From the NCBI GenBank assembly GCA_951406725.2, contig OX597817.1:50902001-50966000 (forward strand): a DNA stretch of 64,000 nucleotides, read 5' to 3'. Within the stretch, counting starts at the first letter, position 1. Each line of letters opens with the position of its first letter. Under the pieces are notes generated by a model. That model did no database searches. It had not been told where the DNA came from and saw only the letters and a list, made by a program, of their open reading frames with translations. Origin of the DNA: Octopus vulgaris (lineage: Eukaryota). The position numbers were made by a program, and so were the translations under genes. This document shows positions 40,501-54,886 of the stretch, one piece after another.

Positions 40501-41684
40501 TAGCTTTTATGGACGTGCTGTGTTTAAAATCAGAAATTATATGAGCGGCAGACGAAAACCATCCTACGGTGGTAGGGAGAACGGTAGATGCGCATTATTC
40601 CCTCACTGAGCGATATCAGTAGCATGTATTTATTGACAAACGTGTTCTAAGGAAACGACAGTAAAACGGTTATAAAACAAGAACTATGTTGCAATAAGCC
40701 CGCTTCATTAAAATCTGTTTTAAGCATTAAAAGCAGTTTTGGTTTAAAGTAGCCGCCTGTGTAATAAATACAGCAGTTAATTTGTCTTTATGCCATATAT
40801 TTACATAATGTTCGATGCACATATGGTAATATTCTTTATTCTTGGAAGAAAACATAACTGTCAATCATGGCTCTTCTCATATATCACAATAAAATATTAT
40901 TACCACTTCACTATGGTATCTGGTCTGGTTTTAATATATTTGATTTATTCTGTATTTCTGCTGTTTATAGTGTGTATGTTAATAGTATGTATGTAAAATA
41001 ACATTTATTAAATGTTTCTGACAAATGAAGCTATGTGGATTCCTCGTTATACATCTAAAGAATATTGGGCTTTTAACAAATTTAGTAAACTAAATAATAA
41101 AATGATGCGGTTTTTACGTAAACAATCTTTTGCCAAATAATAGACATAATAGAAGATTTAAACGATGTACAATTGTAAACATGGATATCAAGGAATATAA
41201 TTAATAATCAATGATCTTTTGTAGTATTGCCAATTATTGTATACGACATTTTCTCCGTACAATGTGCGTGTAAACAATGAAAATATAGAATAACACTCAA
41301 CCATAAAACATACTAATCTTGTAGATCTTCCATCAGATAAATTTCTCAAATCAAACAATACACATTATATTATGTAATGTATATGATTTTTTTAATGTAT
41401 TTAAATATACACATGTAGATATTTCTATGTTTATATGCATATATTTGTGTGTATACTGATGTTTGACTTTGTTATGTATGTATATTAATGGATACACAGA
41501 TGTGGGAGTATGATTTTAGTATGATTATGCTTATATGTTTGTGCTTCTATATATGTGGGAGTATTGTGTTGTTTTCAATATTTTTTGAGAGAGAAATTAT
41601 TTTGAGGTCTCTGACCTTTTAGCTATACTGGTTGTTGTTCAATATAATATATCCGTGTATGTATGTTTGTACTTATGTATACAT

Positions 41685-42085
41685 GGCGCAGGAGTGGCTG
41701 TGTGGTAAGTAGCTTGCTTACAAACCACATGGTTCCGGGTTCAGTCCCACTGTGTGGCACCTTGGGTAAGTGTCTTCTGCTATAAATTCGGACCGATCAA
41801 AGCCTTGTGAGTGGATTTGGTAGACGGAAACTGAAAGAAGCCCGTCGTATATATGTATATAAATATATGTATATGAGTGTATATGTTTGTGTGTCTGTGT
41901 TTGTCCCACCAACATCGCTTGACAGCCGATGCTGGTGTGTTTACGTCCCCGTAACTTAACTGTTCAGCAAAAGTGATCGATAGAATAAGTACTAGGCTTA
42001 CAAAGAATAAGTCCTGGGATCGATTTGCTCAACTAAATGTGTTGCTCCGGCATGGCCACAGTCACATGACTGAAACCAGTAAAAG
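41685..42085 (+). mobile_element. SINE family A
   Basis: Homology to other copies. Confidence 0.9.
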
Positions 42086-42497
42086 TATGGATATATAAAC
42101 TTATATTTGTATTATATGCACACGTATAAATATATATATGCATACCTAAATGCATGTGTGTTGAGGGGGATGCATGTATATTGGCGGTGTATGACCGACT
42201 GTTTTATGAGTTCGCTTTGCAATCTTGAAATCTCAGCTTTGATTGTGCCTTTTAAAATCCTGGAGAAATTCCATTTTCTCAAAATTTAGGTCTACACATA
42301 CATTTTGAATGGAATTTGATAAAGAAAAATTATGACAAAGTCTGTCGCATATCTCAGAGAATTTCATTAAGGGTTCACGATTCACTGGAAAACCATTTAT
42401 ATTTTTTATTTCGGTCTGCGCATTGTTTGTTTTTGGTTTTCTTGACTACACAGTACAGTAGGATCCGGAGGGTACTATCTGTGAGAAAAACAGCACC

Positions 42498-43072
42498 ATG
42501 ACGCAATTCACTCTGCCAGATTATTGATGCTGTCCTGCTTGGCATTCGCTCCAGACATTTCTGAGTGTTTGGGTGTCAATCCGAGGACAGTGCATTCTGA
42601 GGACATGTACCGAGAGTGACCAATATAAAATATGCAGACAATATCATGGCGTTTAGAGTGATCACTAGTGATGGCGACGTTAGGCGTCCATTCATCTTCC
42701 CATATGACCTCAGACTCAATACGGAGACATACATCAAGTGACCGGTGGAGGTAGCGAGGCCGTTGGCTAAGAGGGTGACTGCTGGAAAACTTTATTTCTG
42801 GCAACAGAACTCTTCAAACAAGCAGAACGCATTCACAGCTGTCAGACATTTTCTGCGACCACATCACCCCTACCATTTAGCTACCTAATACCCTAGACTC
42901 TGTGGGACTGGGACTCAGTTGAGTGAGAGATCAACAAATCTCCTTGTAACACCAAAGATGAACTGAAAGCAAGGATTATGGCAGCATTCACCAACTTAAA
43001 AAGGAGAACTCCAGAAGAGTCGCAGGAGATTCCGCAATTGTCTGGAAGGCATGGTTAAAACCAATGGCGACC
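42498..43072 (+). mobile_element. Internally deleted Tc1/mariner (DD37D/maT-like) transposase pseudogene
   Basis: Broken frames: MAFRVITSDGDVRRPFIFPYDLRLNTETYIK...WQQNS...CNTKDELKARIMAAFTNL...RRFRNCLEGMVKTNGD. Confidence 0.75.
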
Positions 43073-43367
43073 TAAATTATAAAGATGGAAAATTTTAACC
43101 ATTTCTCCGTAGACTTATTAAGTTCTCTTCAGAGGTGTCCACATCATTCTAACAGTCTCCAGAGAAACACGAAAGCAAACTGTTTAGACACTCAACAAAT
43201 GCAGCAAGGAAGGAGTCTCGCTCTTTCTCTCACTCTTTCAATCTCTTTCACCGTCAATCTCTTTCTTTCTCACTCTCTCTCCCATCTTTCTCGGCCATTT
43301 TTATACAGCTATATATGAGTTTTGTGTTTGTGGCGATGGTGTCCACGAAGCGGTATAAATTTGAGTG

Positions 43368-43562
43368 AAATGCTTAGCGGTATTTCGTCTGCCGTCACGT
43401 TCTGAGTTCAAATTCCGCCGAGGTCGACTTTGCGTTTCATCCTTTCGGGGTCGATAAATTAAGTACCAGTTACGAACTGGGGTGGATATAATCGACTTAA
43501 TCCGTTTCTTTGTCCTTGTCTGTCCTCTCTGTGTTTAGCCCCTTGTGGGTAGTAAAGTAATA
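43368..43562 (+). mobile_element. SINE family B, 5'-truncated, with TSD
   Basis: TSD GGTA(T)AAATTTGAGTG at 43352-43367 and 43563-43577. Confidence 0.9.
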
Positions 43563-43660
43563 GGTAAAATTTGAGTGGGCTTCGCGTCGAATTTTTTAAC
43601 CGCTTAAAGTAGGCAACAAACGGGCATCCGCAGAGGATTTCAAAGCACCGTGGTACATCT

Positions 43661-43760
43661 TATTTATGACTATGCAAGTGTTATTCCCAATTCACTTCAT
43701 TTTCAAATTAACATTTGAAAATGAAGTGAATTGGGAATAACACTTGCATAGTCATAAATA
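43661..43760. repeat. Perfect hairpin, 48-bp arms, 4-nt loop
   Basis: 43661-43708 is the exact reverse complement of 43713-43760; loop TAAC. Confidence 0.97.
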
Positions 43761-44011
43761 GTTCACAGATGCAGCGCTTTCGGTATTGATAATATTAATG
43801 TCAGCCATGGTCTTCTAAAGTATTTCTCCCTTGTCTAAAAGAGATATTTCACAATACAGATCAAAAGATGGTAATTTGTTGAGTAAAAGATATTTCTCGT
43901 TATCTTAACGAAATAAAACAAACCGTTACTGATCCAGGTGTGGTTTCTTCAGCATAAAGAACAAAGAACACGATTCTCCACGCCTGCATGTCTGTTTGAT
44001 GTCACATTACG

Positions 44012-44820
44012 TTTATGCATGTATGTATATATGTATGTATATATGTATGTATATATGTATGTATGTAAGTATATATATATGTATGTATGTATATATGGAT
44101 GCATGTATGTATGTATTTATGCATGTATGGATGTATGTATGAATGTATGTATGTATGTATGTATCTATGTATGAATGTATGTATGTATGTATGTATGAAT
44201 GTATGTATGTACGTATGTATGCATGCATGCATGTATGTATGTATGTATGTATGTATGTATGTATGTATGTATGTGTGTATGTATGTGTGTATGTATGTAT
44301 GTATGAATATATATATGTATGTATGCATTTATGTATGTATGAATGTATGTATGCATGCATTTATGTGTGTATGAACGTATGTATGTATGTATGCATATAT
44401 GTATGTATGTACGTATGCATGTATGTATATATGTATGTATGTACGTATGTTTGCATGCATGTATGTATGTATGTGTGTGTATGTATGTATGTATGTATGT
44501 ACATATGTATGTATGTATGTATGTATTTATGTATGTATGTATTTATGTATGTATTTATTTATGTATGCATGCATGTATGTATGTATGTATGCATGTATGT
44601 ATGTATGTATGTATGTATGTATGTATGTATGTATGTATGCATATATGTATGCATGTATGTATATATGTATGTATGTATATATGTATACATGTATGTATTT
44701 ATGTATATATGCCTGTATGTATGTATGTATGTATGTATGTATGTATGTATGTATGTATGTATGTATGTATGTATGTATGTATGTACGTATGTATGTATGT
44801 ATGTACGTATGTATATATAT
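44012..44820. repeat. ~810-bp imperfect (ATGT)n tract
   Basis: Direct reading. Source of the MYVC/YIHT ORFs. Confidence 0.97.
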
Positions 44821-44999
44821 GTGATTGTGAGTGTGAAAACCTTAGCGAATCCAAATTTATGTATTAATGTTTTTAAATTGTTTTTGTTTTTATCACATCT
44901 TAATCTGAAACTGAATATATCAGCTTTGAAACTGGAGGTCTGTGTTCTGTCTTCATTAATTTTGCATTCTTTCTTTTAGACTGGAAACATAACACATGC

Positions 45000-47900
45000 A
45001 CCACCACATGAAGATGCTTTCAAAGAATGCTGTTGTTTTCTTGTTTTTTTCTTCTTATTTTCTTTGCTTGGAAATTATCCCACCTCTCTCTTTCTCACAC
45101 TTCCTTACTCTCTCATTCTTTCATTCTACACTCCCATATCTATGCATGAATTTTTTTTGTTTTTACAGTTAGGGACTAATTTAATACCAACTAAGACAAA
45201 GAAAAACATATTCCGTCTCTCACATTGTCACATATTATTTCTTAATTATTCATGTTAAGCCTGTTATTTGAAGATACGATAGTTCTGAGAACTAGGTTAT
45301 CATCCTTTCAGTTCAGTAATTCAGACTTGTTGATGTGTAATTTTGTTCCAACTTATACATGTCTGGTGTTGACAATATTGACTTTGAAACTTGATATTTG
45401 TGTTCTGATGTTTGTCTTGGACCATGTAATATGTCATAAAATCTTTGCTGGCTAGTTTATACTGGTTTCTGGTTGAAGGATGTTTACTTACTTGCGAAAC
45501 AAATTTTTCCAGACATTCGATGGCAGAGGACAAGAATGGATAATTGTGATGTTGCCAAGGTAATTCTAAGATATGACATTGGTATTGCTACACTGCTTAG
45601 ATGTACATGGTTGTTATAAGTGAACGAAAAGTAGGAGAAAGCAAACGTACATGTTTCTAGATAGCAAAACGGTTGTACTTTACTTTGACAATTTTTGATT
45701 CTTTGATATCTGAAGCAGCTGAGGATACGACAGTTTGACCAAAAGAACCGGCTATTGCAAGCAAAACTAGATATTGAAAATAACACATTTCGCCAAATTT
45801 GGACATATGACAGTCTAACATAATAGCAGCGATTTATTGTTTGTAATCTAGGAATTTTGTTTCTTTTTGTTAGACAGAAGAAACTGAGAAAATGGTTGTT
45901 TTTTGATATTTTTTAGCTCATCTGAATTCAAGATGGAGGTTGAGTTAATATGATTAATGTTCAATTCCTATTGTTACATTGTATCTCCATCTTCTGTCCA
46001 TTATTGGCTTATCCTTTTCTTCTTCCTACTGTTCATTCACAGAGGGAACACTGGAGTTGGATTTTATATCAGTCGGAATATTGTGGAAAAATTAGGAAAG
46101 GTACTTCGTGAGGGTTTCGACCGCATAATGTATTTGTGATTTTCTTTGAGATGGCAGCCATTACGTTACAGTTGTGTGGTTCTATAGTTTAAAAATATCC
46201 TTCATCGTTGATCTCTCTATACAGAGTAAGGTGCGAGAAATCAGGGATAGACTTTCGGGTTTCTGCACTGTAATGAGGCAAAACATTAGTTTCTCTAAAA
46301 CAAAAACGAAGTTCTCTCATTCCTTCGAGAATCAGTATTATGAACCTTAAACATGTCTATGTTGCACGGAACTTACCGCGTTTGATTGATTTATATGAAA
46401 TGGTAGGAAACATCCAAGTTTTGGGACATTGGATGAGGAGATTCGCTATGGAATAAAGTGTAGCAGTATGGCTTTCGGTCAGTTAGAAGCTCGAGAGTCA
46501 ACTCGGTTATATATGTATATGAGTACTAAGTGGAGAGCCTGTGAGACTAGCATTGGCACAGTACTTCTCTATGCATAGGCATATGAAAATGTCAGATACC
46601 AAGGGCAACAAGCTAACTTTGTGATTTGTAATAGAACTTGCAGGTCAGCAGTTGAGTCAAAAAACACCAGGGAACACAAAACAAAGAAAATAATAAGATG
46701 TTTCAAGAAAAAAGGATGGAAGTGTAAAATATGCTCTTACTTGGTAGAGTCGACATGTATGTATGTATGTATGTGCGTGGATTCCAGCTTCTTATATTGA
46801 AACGGAAGCAGTTATTTACGTTGCTAAATACTCCAACAATTATTGTTAGAAATCTAAGGATATAATCCGAATTGAATACCTGTATATTTGTCATCAATTG
46901 AGAATATATGGCGGTTTTTTTGCCCCTAACCCTTCATGGCACTGTGACTTTTGCTGGACAGTGAATGCCAGCTAGTGTGGTTAGTTTACTTTTCTCTGAT
47001 GTAGATCATTATGCCTGATGTAATATACCTTCATTTTATTGTATCTAAAGAGTAATATTTTACCTGTGTCCTTTTGAATTTCTTTGTGATAATTGTTTTC
47101 GTATCTAGTAGATTTTTTGCATTTGTCTCAAGATTATCCGTTTTAGCGAATTTCCTTATGTAATTTGGTAGCCACCTCATCGAGTCCCAAAGTAGTAATA
47201 CTACAAAGATATTTTCGCCTAGTTATTTATGATGCAGGTAACCACTTTAATTATAATTGTTCAAAGCTTGTTTTCCTTTATCGCATCTAAAAATTTCAGT
47301 TGCTTCCCTATGGGTTTTTGATTCAGTTTGTCTTTGTTATTTTTTGTTTCTATTTTGCAAGAATGTATCCTTAAAGTGAGAGCTAATACCCATGTTCCTA
47401 ATGTAAGACAACTCAACCTGGCTGTCAAACTTGTCACATTGTAGTTTTCTGGGAATATACTGACATATGACATATTCCTACTGTGTATGCCGCTTCGTTT
47501 CTGGTGACTTTTTGTCCAAGAATGTCGTAATGATCCTTGATTTACATTCGAGATAATCAGTCAGAGAATTTTATCCTAGGACTGCCTTACCACCTCAGGA
47601 TAATATGCAGACTTAATCCACAGCAGGACGTCATTTTGTGATTAGTAAACGTTGTCAAAGTCTGATCATTCAACATATTAAGGCTGATTGGTTCAACATA
47701 AAGCTTCTGCCGCGATACTTCCGTTCCAGACAGAGGTGATATACCTAACGACAGGTATGTAAATTTCTGGTATGGGTTAATTTTCCTGCTTTAACTGTAT
47801 TAGCTCAAACCTCATCTAGCGCCTATTCGTGTTGCCCATGCGTGGTTATGGTCTCTAGTATAGCTAACACATTGTGGGTGACTAATTTATTATACGTGTA

Positions 47901-49300
47901 AAATTCTGCGGACCAGTATTTCCTCATTCTAGTGCTATATCCCTAGTTCCTTGCTGGAAGATCCTTCATAGGAATTATTTGTATCAAACCCAAGCCATTA
48001 ATAATAATGTTACCAGACGGGTTTGTAGTTCTATTACGTTTTACCACCATGTAAGAATATTTATATTCGTTAAACGCTACCTCTGTTGCATAACTAGGCC
48101 AAGACGTTCCTCCATACCTTCAGTATTCTTAGCGTGTGTTTTTAGATAGTCCCCAAAATTGGAATGTATGTAGTGTTTCTGCCTTGTGCTCTAATTGCAT
48201 GTTCTTTGGATTTCCGTTACAGAAATTCTAGACAGTATCAGGGTAAGACTCTCCTCTAGAAATACACCTCTATAATACTGCATCCTTCTAGTGACAACGA
48301 AACTAAATCATGGACGAATTTAGGTTGTCTATGGCCTTGATTATTGTATCTGAAAGTTTAATGTGTCGTAGGAGAGTAACTGTTAGGTTTATGAGTCGAC
48401 GACAAAATCGAACGCTTTCCTGCCATTCAGCTTGACTTTGACAAGTCCACCGCTGCCATTGCATCTCTCACCACAGTTTTTCGGATTAAGAGTTGTACAG
48501 CATATATGTAAACTGTTCTTGTTTTTTTTTGCAACCTGTTCAGTTGGGATTCTATTACTATCACTGCATCTAGGAGGACCAGTTTCAGATTGGTTGTAAA
48601 CGTTTACTGTCACAGATTCTGACACGCAATTAACTAGTAATTTCCTCGTGTGATTGACCTGCTTTTTAGTATCAATATTGTTTCTGCCAGCACCAAACAG
48701 CTTGGTAAATTCATGTCTCTTTGTGAGCTTGCCTGTAAAGGTCACTAAATAACTTCCGCAAAATGCCAGCGAGACATCATGTATCCGAAGATTAAATGCT
48801 TGTATTACACTTCGGACTACCTTAACAATGACGATCTATGCTTTTCGTTCAATACAGAGAAATATATGTTTTGAATGTAATCTAGCCACTTTGACCTCAT
48901 TTAACTGTTTCCGTCTCTCTTTCTATCTCTTGTTTTTGCCCTGAATATCTCTTGCTGACAATGATCCACCATCGCATTTATCGATCGTCCACTCATATCC
49001 TTGTAAACTACTGAATAGTTTGTGATTAAATTTGTTAATCATTTCTCTTTCAGCAACATCGTCTGCTGTTGGGGTTTTTATTGAAATTTTGTCTCTCTGA
49101 TAAAGAATGATCAATTTGTATAGAACTGTTCTTTTTCTACTGTATCTTAACATTGGTTCTATTGTATTTCGTCATTGCTGCTGGTTCGGAACGTTTTAAT
49201 TAATTAATTTATTTATTGGCATGCGATAAACAACACCAGATGACGTTTATTTTTCTATAGACCAACAATACTGTTTTCTTTTCCATTTTCCAAAGCGGCG
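45000..49300 (-). mobile_element. Highly decayed, near full-length I/Jockey-group LINE
   Basis: Correctly ordered motif remnants on the minus strand: ORF1 Cys/His knuckles (~48400-48580, PPRC...), APE-like VLAILET (~47860) and SAYYP, then RT-like FP, LSLIS..IER, PSRST and YLRITL (~45560). Each motif is weak alone. Confidence 0.5.
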
Positions 49301-49391
49301 ATGATAAGGCTTCTGTATATAGGTGTATATGAAATGAAGCATATCTGTAGTTCTGCAAAATTCTTGCTGAATAAAATAAGGACGTCTATTA

Positions 49392-49631
49392 ATTTTATTT
49401 TTATTTTATTACCCACAAGGGGCTAAACATAGAGGGGAAAAACAAGGACAGACAAATGAATTAAGTCGAATACATCAACCCCAGTGAGTAACTGGTACTT
49501 ATTTAATCGAACCCGAATTGATGAAAGGCAAAGTCGACCTCCGCGGAATTTGAACTCAGAACACAGCGGCGGACGAAATACCACAAATCATTTCGCCCGG
49601 CGTGCTAACGTTTCTGCCAGCTCGCCGCCTT
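49392..49631 (-). mobile_element. SINE family B with 16-bp TSD
   Basis: TSD ATAAGGACG(T/G)CTATTA at 49376-49391 and 49632-49647. Confidence 0.92.
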
Positions 49632-50020
49632 ATAAGGACGGCTATTAGTAAATGTCTCACTATTTAAAATAAAACACGAAAGAATCAAATATGAAACGAA
49701 TAAACGAGGGATATCGATTTTTTGTTCGATTGACTAAGTCATTACTTTCTAGTTTTATTATCGATCACTCAAACCGAGTTCTCTGTAGATGGACAGAAAA
49801 AGGTGAAAGGATAGAAATCGTGATCTCATACGGTTAAGAAAAATGCATTCTAATACACAGATTGTTGAGCAGATTAATGTAGAATCAGGGCTTTGAGCGG
49901 ATAAACATATATCAGTTTTCTAGATTAAAAAATATAACATACAGCAACACACACACACATACACACACATCAGCGCGCGCACAAACATACATATATAAAA
50001 CTTCTAAGAGAGAGGGAGAG

Positions 50021-50084
<64 letters not shown>

Positions 50085-50183
50085 GACAGACATGCTTCTA
50101 TATATAAAGAGATACTTACAATTAGACAGAAACATATATGGCGAGAAACATATATATATATATATCATATATATATATAAAAA

Positions 50184-50221
<38 letters not shown>

Positions 50222-50575
50222 AAAACATGTACATATATCAAAAGACACATATATATATATCAAAAACATATATATATATATATATTCAAGCATTTCAACA
50301 GTATCTTATATAAATCCTAAGAGAGATAGAGAAGTAGAGAAATGGGTTGAGAGAAATTTGAATGTAAATATAAGTCCATGAATAAATAATGGTCAAAAGT
50401 GCAAGAAACCCATTCATAGAAATATTCGAAGGATATGCAGTCGTAAGCTTAGATACACAAGAGAGAAATGTATGTGGATTACGAAATAAATAATATGGTG
50501 TAAAATCCCTCGTGTTCTATTGCATCTCATTTTCGCCATACATACATGCATGCATACACGTATATACATATTCAA

Positions 50576-50769
<194 letters not shown>

Positions 50770-50937
50770 TACATATATGACTGTGTGTGTACATTGTTTT
50801 GTATATAATACGTATAATTAGATATATGTATTTATAATTACATGTACATAGGTAAAATTGCATCTACCCGCCTCTAATCTGTGTCTGCCTCTTTCATTCT
50901 CTTTCTCCTTCTTTCTCTCTCTCTCTTTATATATATA

Positions 50938-51026
<89 letters not shown>

Positions 51027-51590
51027 CTGTGTATAGCATTATTGATATATTTAATCAAAATGATGGAGTGATTCGCGAATATAGATAGATAAAAACAGAA
51101 ATTGCTGTGTGTAGATTTAGATATATGTATGTCTAGCTAACCAAATATAGAAGATGGAATCTTCCTATTGAAATATTTAAGCATATTTTGTAGTATTTAT
51201 CTCTCATGCTATTGTAGGAAGGATTACTTCGACAGAAAGATGCAGAATGATAAACCAGACTCATGAATTTATTATTTTCACAACAAGGGATGTTGAGTGT
51301 ATGAGGTTAATACATTTCATTGAATGTTTAAATAAATGTGTATTGAACGGTTTTCTAAAACACCTGGCATGAATTGTTGTTTTCTGAACAAACCTACGTC
51401 TCGAAATGCTATAAATGTATATTGTAACATTGTATTAAAATTCAATGAATTGGGAATTTTCCATGTTCTTTACGATTTCAGTTTATAGTTATAATTTATG
51501 TAAAGAATACATGAGATATATCAGTTCATTGATTGAGATGCGAAAATGCCTGGTCTCTTATTATTATCATCATCATAACTATAATAATAG

Positions 51591-51635
<45 letters not shown>

Positions 51636-51644
51636 TGATGATGA

Positions 51645-52208
51645 TAAATGCGCTGATGCAGTACTAGGCAGTGGCTCTCATGGCTTCTGATCTTAACTGA
51701 TTGGAAATGTTATCATGTACATTGTTTTGTCTTGGTATAAAAGATGGTCTACAACAAATATTCTGCTTGTCAGTTGTTTGACCTTAACCAGTTGAGCATG
51801 TCACTTAGTGGCTGACAATATGTGCATCTCTGATCACGAGCAGAAATAATGGGGGAGCATCATAGCCATGTGTTGAGAGGGATTCTTTGGGGGTTTGAAT
51901 AATTCCCCTTTGGAAACATAGGTGTTTCGTTCAATGTCCTTAAACAATCTTTATTCAGGGACCTTTTGTGTTGGATGGGCTACTCGATCAGAAGAAAATT
52001 CTGACTGGGCCCCACCTGCAAGGTCATGCGCTGTTTATCTTGATATGAGATCACACTTTCGCGCACATATGGTTGTGATGCATGTATCTGGTGTACCCTT
52101 ATCAGACGGGTAGTATTGATGGGTATACTGGGCTTCGTATATTTTACCCCAATGTCACTCTGATGGCATGCATTGCTCTCTGACTCAATAATAATAATAA
52201 TAATAATG
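51645..52208 (+). mobile_element. Probable LINE 3' UTR ending in (AAT)n, lying within an (AAT)n tract
   Basis: Higher-GC block with (AAT)n on both sides and no clear coding motif. Confidence 0.45.
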
Positions 52209-52214
52209 GGAAGT

Positions 52215-52430
52215 CATTCAGCTCTCAAACTTGTTAGCAGTCTGAAAATATTGCTTAGCGGCATTTCACCCATCTTTACGTTCTGGATTTATATTCAGCC
52301 GAGATCCACTTTGCCTTTCTTCCTTTTTGGGGTCGACATATCAGTACCCGCGCCTACTGGGGTACTGGAGTAATCGACATACATCAACCCTCGGATATTT
52401 GGGGCTCGTTTCAAAATTTGAAACCACTAT
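52215..52430 (+). mobile_element. Old SINE family C
   Basis: GCTTAGCGGCATTTC...TTTGCCTTTC...GGGGTCGA...AAAATTTGAAACC. Confidence 0.7.
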
Positions 52431-52521
52431 TTTGTGAATGAACTTCGACGAAACGTTGCTTCACGTTTTGTCGGGCGTGATGACGATACGGCCAGCTCAC
52501 CGTCCTAACTTTCTTTAACTA

Positions 52522-53112
52522 AATATTGGTTTTAGATTTTAGCACAAGGCCAGCAATTCAGGTGTGGGGTGTAAGCTGATTACCTAGATCTCAGTACTCG
52601 ACTGGTACTTATTCTATCGACGCCGAAAGAATGAAGGGAAAAGTCGACCTCGATGGGTTTTGAAAACAGGAAGTCAAGTCGGAAGAAATACCTATTTCTA
52701 TGTCTTTACTACCCATAAGGGGCTAAACACAGAGAGGACAAACAAGGAGACAAACGGATTAAGTCGATTATATCGACCCAGTGCGTAACTGGTACTTATT
52801 TAATCGACCCCGAAAGGATGAAAGGCAAAGTCGACCTCGGCGGAATTTGAACTCTGAACGTAACGGCAGACGAAATACCTATTTCTTTACTACACACAAG
52901 GGGCTAAACACAGAGAGGACAAACAGGACAGACAAACGGATTAAATCAATTATATCGACCCCAGTGCGTAACTGGTACTTATTTAATCGGCCCCGAAAGG
53001 ATGAAAGGCAAAGTTGACCTCGGCAAAAATTTGAAGTCAGATCGTAACGGCGGACGAAATACCGCTAAACAATTCGCCCGGTGTGCTAACGATTCTGCCA
53101 GCTCGCCGCCTT
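52522..53112 (-). mobile_element. SINE B-B-C tandem/nested array
   Basis: Full B (52880-53112), headless B (52693-52879), headless C (52522-52692). Both junctions read ...AGAAATA|GGTATTTC on the minus strand. Confidence 0.88.
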
Positions 53113-53900
53113 ACTTGCTATATAATTTGTTTTTGCACTGGCCACCAAAGAGCAAAATACAGCATGCTCTTTTTAATCACAGGAAGGATCAACTAGAAAA
53201 CTGAAAAGGTAACGATGCTGTGCATTTGAGATGAGTGAAAGTTTAAAAGAAGTTAAAATTCAAACATTATGGCTGATATTTTAGATTATTTGTTCAAGCA
53301 AATACCTACTTTAAGATTAAAGACCATCTTATTTTAATTTCGTTCCAAAATGCATTTATTTACAAACTACAATTCTTTTCGAAACCTCAGTTTGTTTCGT
53401 ATGTGTTCTCTTCCGTCTTCTCCTTGAAATGTTGTGGGAAAACACCGCATATTAATCCTTTTATCTCTTAATCTTGTTGTGCGAGGACCGAACTAATGGA
53501 AAATACAATATTTTTGCTCTGATCTTTTAAATCAAAACTTCACTTACTGTTTTCATTCTATTTTTTTCCATATCGAACAATCTCTTATTTACACCGGTGT
53601 TCCACTTGCATTCACTTGGCTTTCTCTTACTACTTTCCGATACAGAAATTGCGTAAACATTCAACATCCAATCAGCGAAGCCTGAAATTACATATTGAGT
53701 GTGCTTCTATCTTTCATATATTATTTTTTACCTGTTTAACCATTGGACTGCGGTCATGCTGGGGCACTTCTTTGAATGTTTTAGTCGAAGAAATCAACCA
53801 GCCCTTTTATTTTAAGTTTGTTCCTTTTTCTAGCAGACTCTTTCACCATCAAGCTACACTTCGACGAAGACAACACACACACACACACACAGATATTTCC

Positions 53901-54130
53901 TATTTCTTTACTACCCACAAGGGGCTAAACACAGAGAGGACAAACAAGGACAGACAAACGGATTAAGTCGATTACATCGATCCCAGTGCGCAACCGGTAC
54001 TTAATTTATCGACGCCGAAATGATGAAAGGCAAAGTCGACCTCGGCGGAATTTGAACTCAGAACGTAACGGCAGACGAAACACGGCTACGCATTTCGCCC
54101 GGCGTGCTAACGTTTCTGTCAGCTCGCCGC
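53901..54130 (-). mobile_element. SINE family B, full length
   Basis: Homology to 32622-32854. Confidence 0.92.
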
Positions 54131-54640
54131 CATATTAATGAGAAGACAACGACGACGATAACGAAGAAGAAGAAGATAGCTACATCTTTCTCCTAGTAAC
54201 AACATTTCTTTCAATGATAACGAGAGAATAAAAATAAGAGATAATCAACATGGGATATTTTAGTTTTGGAAATAAAAATGGACTTTCCAAAAATAGAAAA
54301 CAAATGTTCGTAAGACATTCGAAGCCGTTATCATGTCTTTTATAGCTTTCCTAATTTTGCATTCAATTCATTTTATGACTTTTCGACCTATCTACACTCC
54401 TACACGAAACTCATTAAAATCTATTTATTCATTAGTGTATACAGATATCATTCTATTATAATCGGTAAAGAAAGGCTAAAAACATTATGGCCTTTTTTCG
54501 TTGTTGTTACAAGTCGGCCATTTTTCATTGTTTTTGCAAATCGCCCATTTTTATAGTTTCGTGAAATTAACATGAATTTTGTATAGGGTGCAAGTTAACA
54601 CTATATTATTTTATATTGCTTATGTTTATATGTTCATATA

Positions 54641-54853
54641 TACTGTTTTACTCCTTTATTTGTATCAGTCATCCGACTGCGGTCAGGCTGGAGCACTGGC
54701 TTTAGTCGAAGACGTCAGCCCCAGGACTTATTATTTGTAAGCCTATTACTTATACCATCGGTCTTTTGCCGAACCGCTAAGTTACGGGAACGTGAACACA
54801 CCAACATCGGTTGTCAAGCGATGGTGGGCTGACAAACACACAAACACACACAT

Positions 54854-54886
<33 letters not shown>

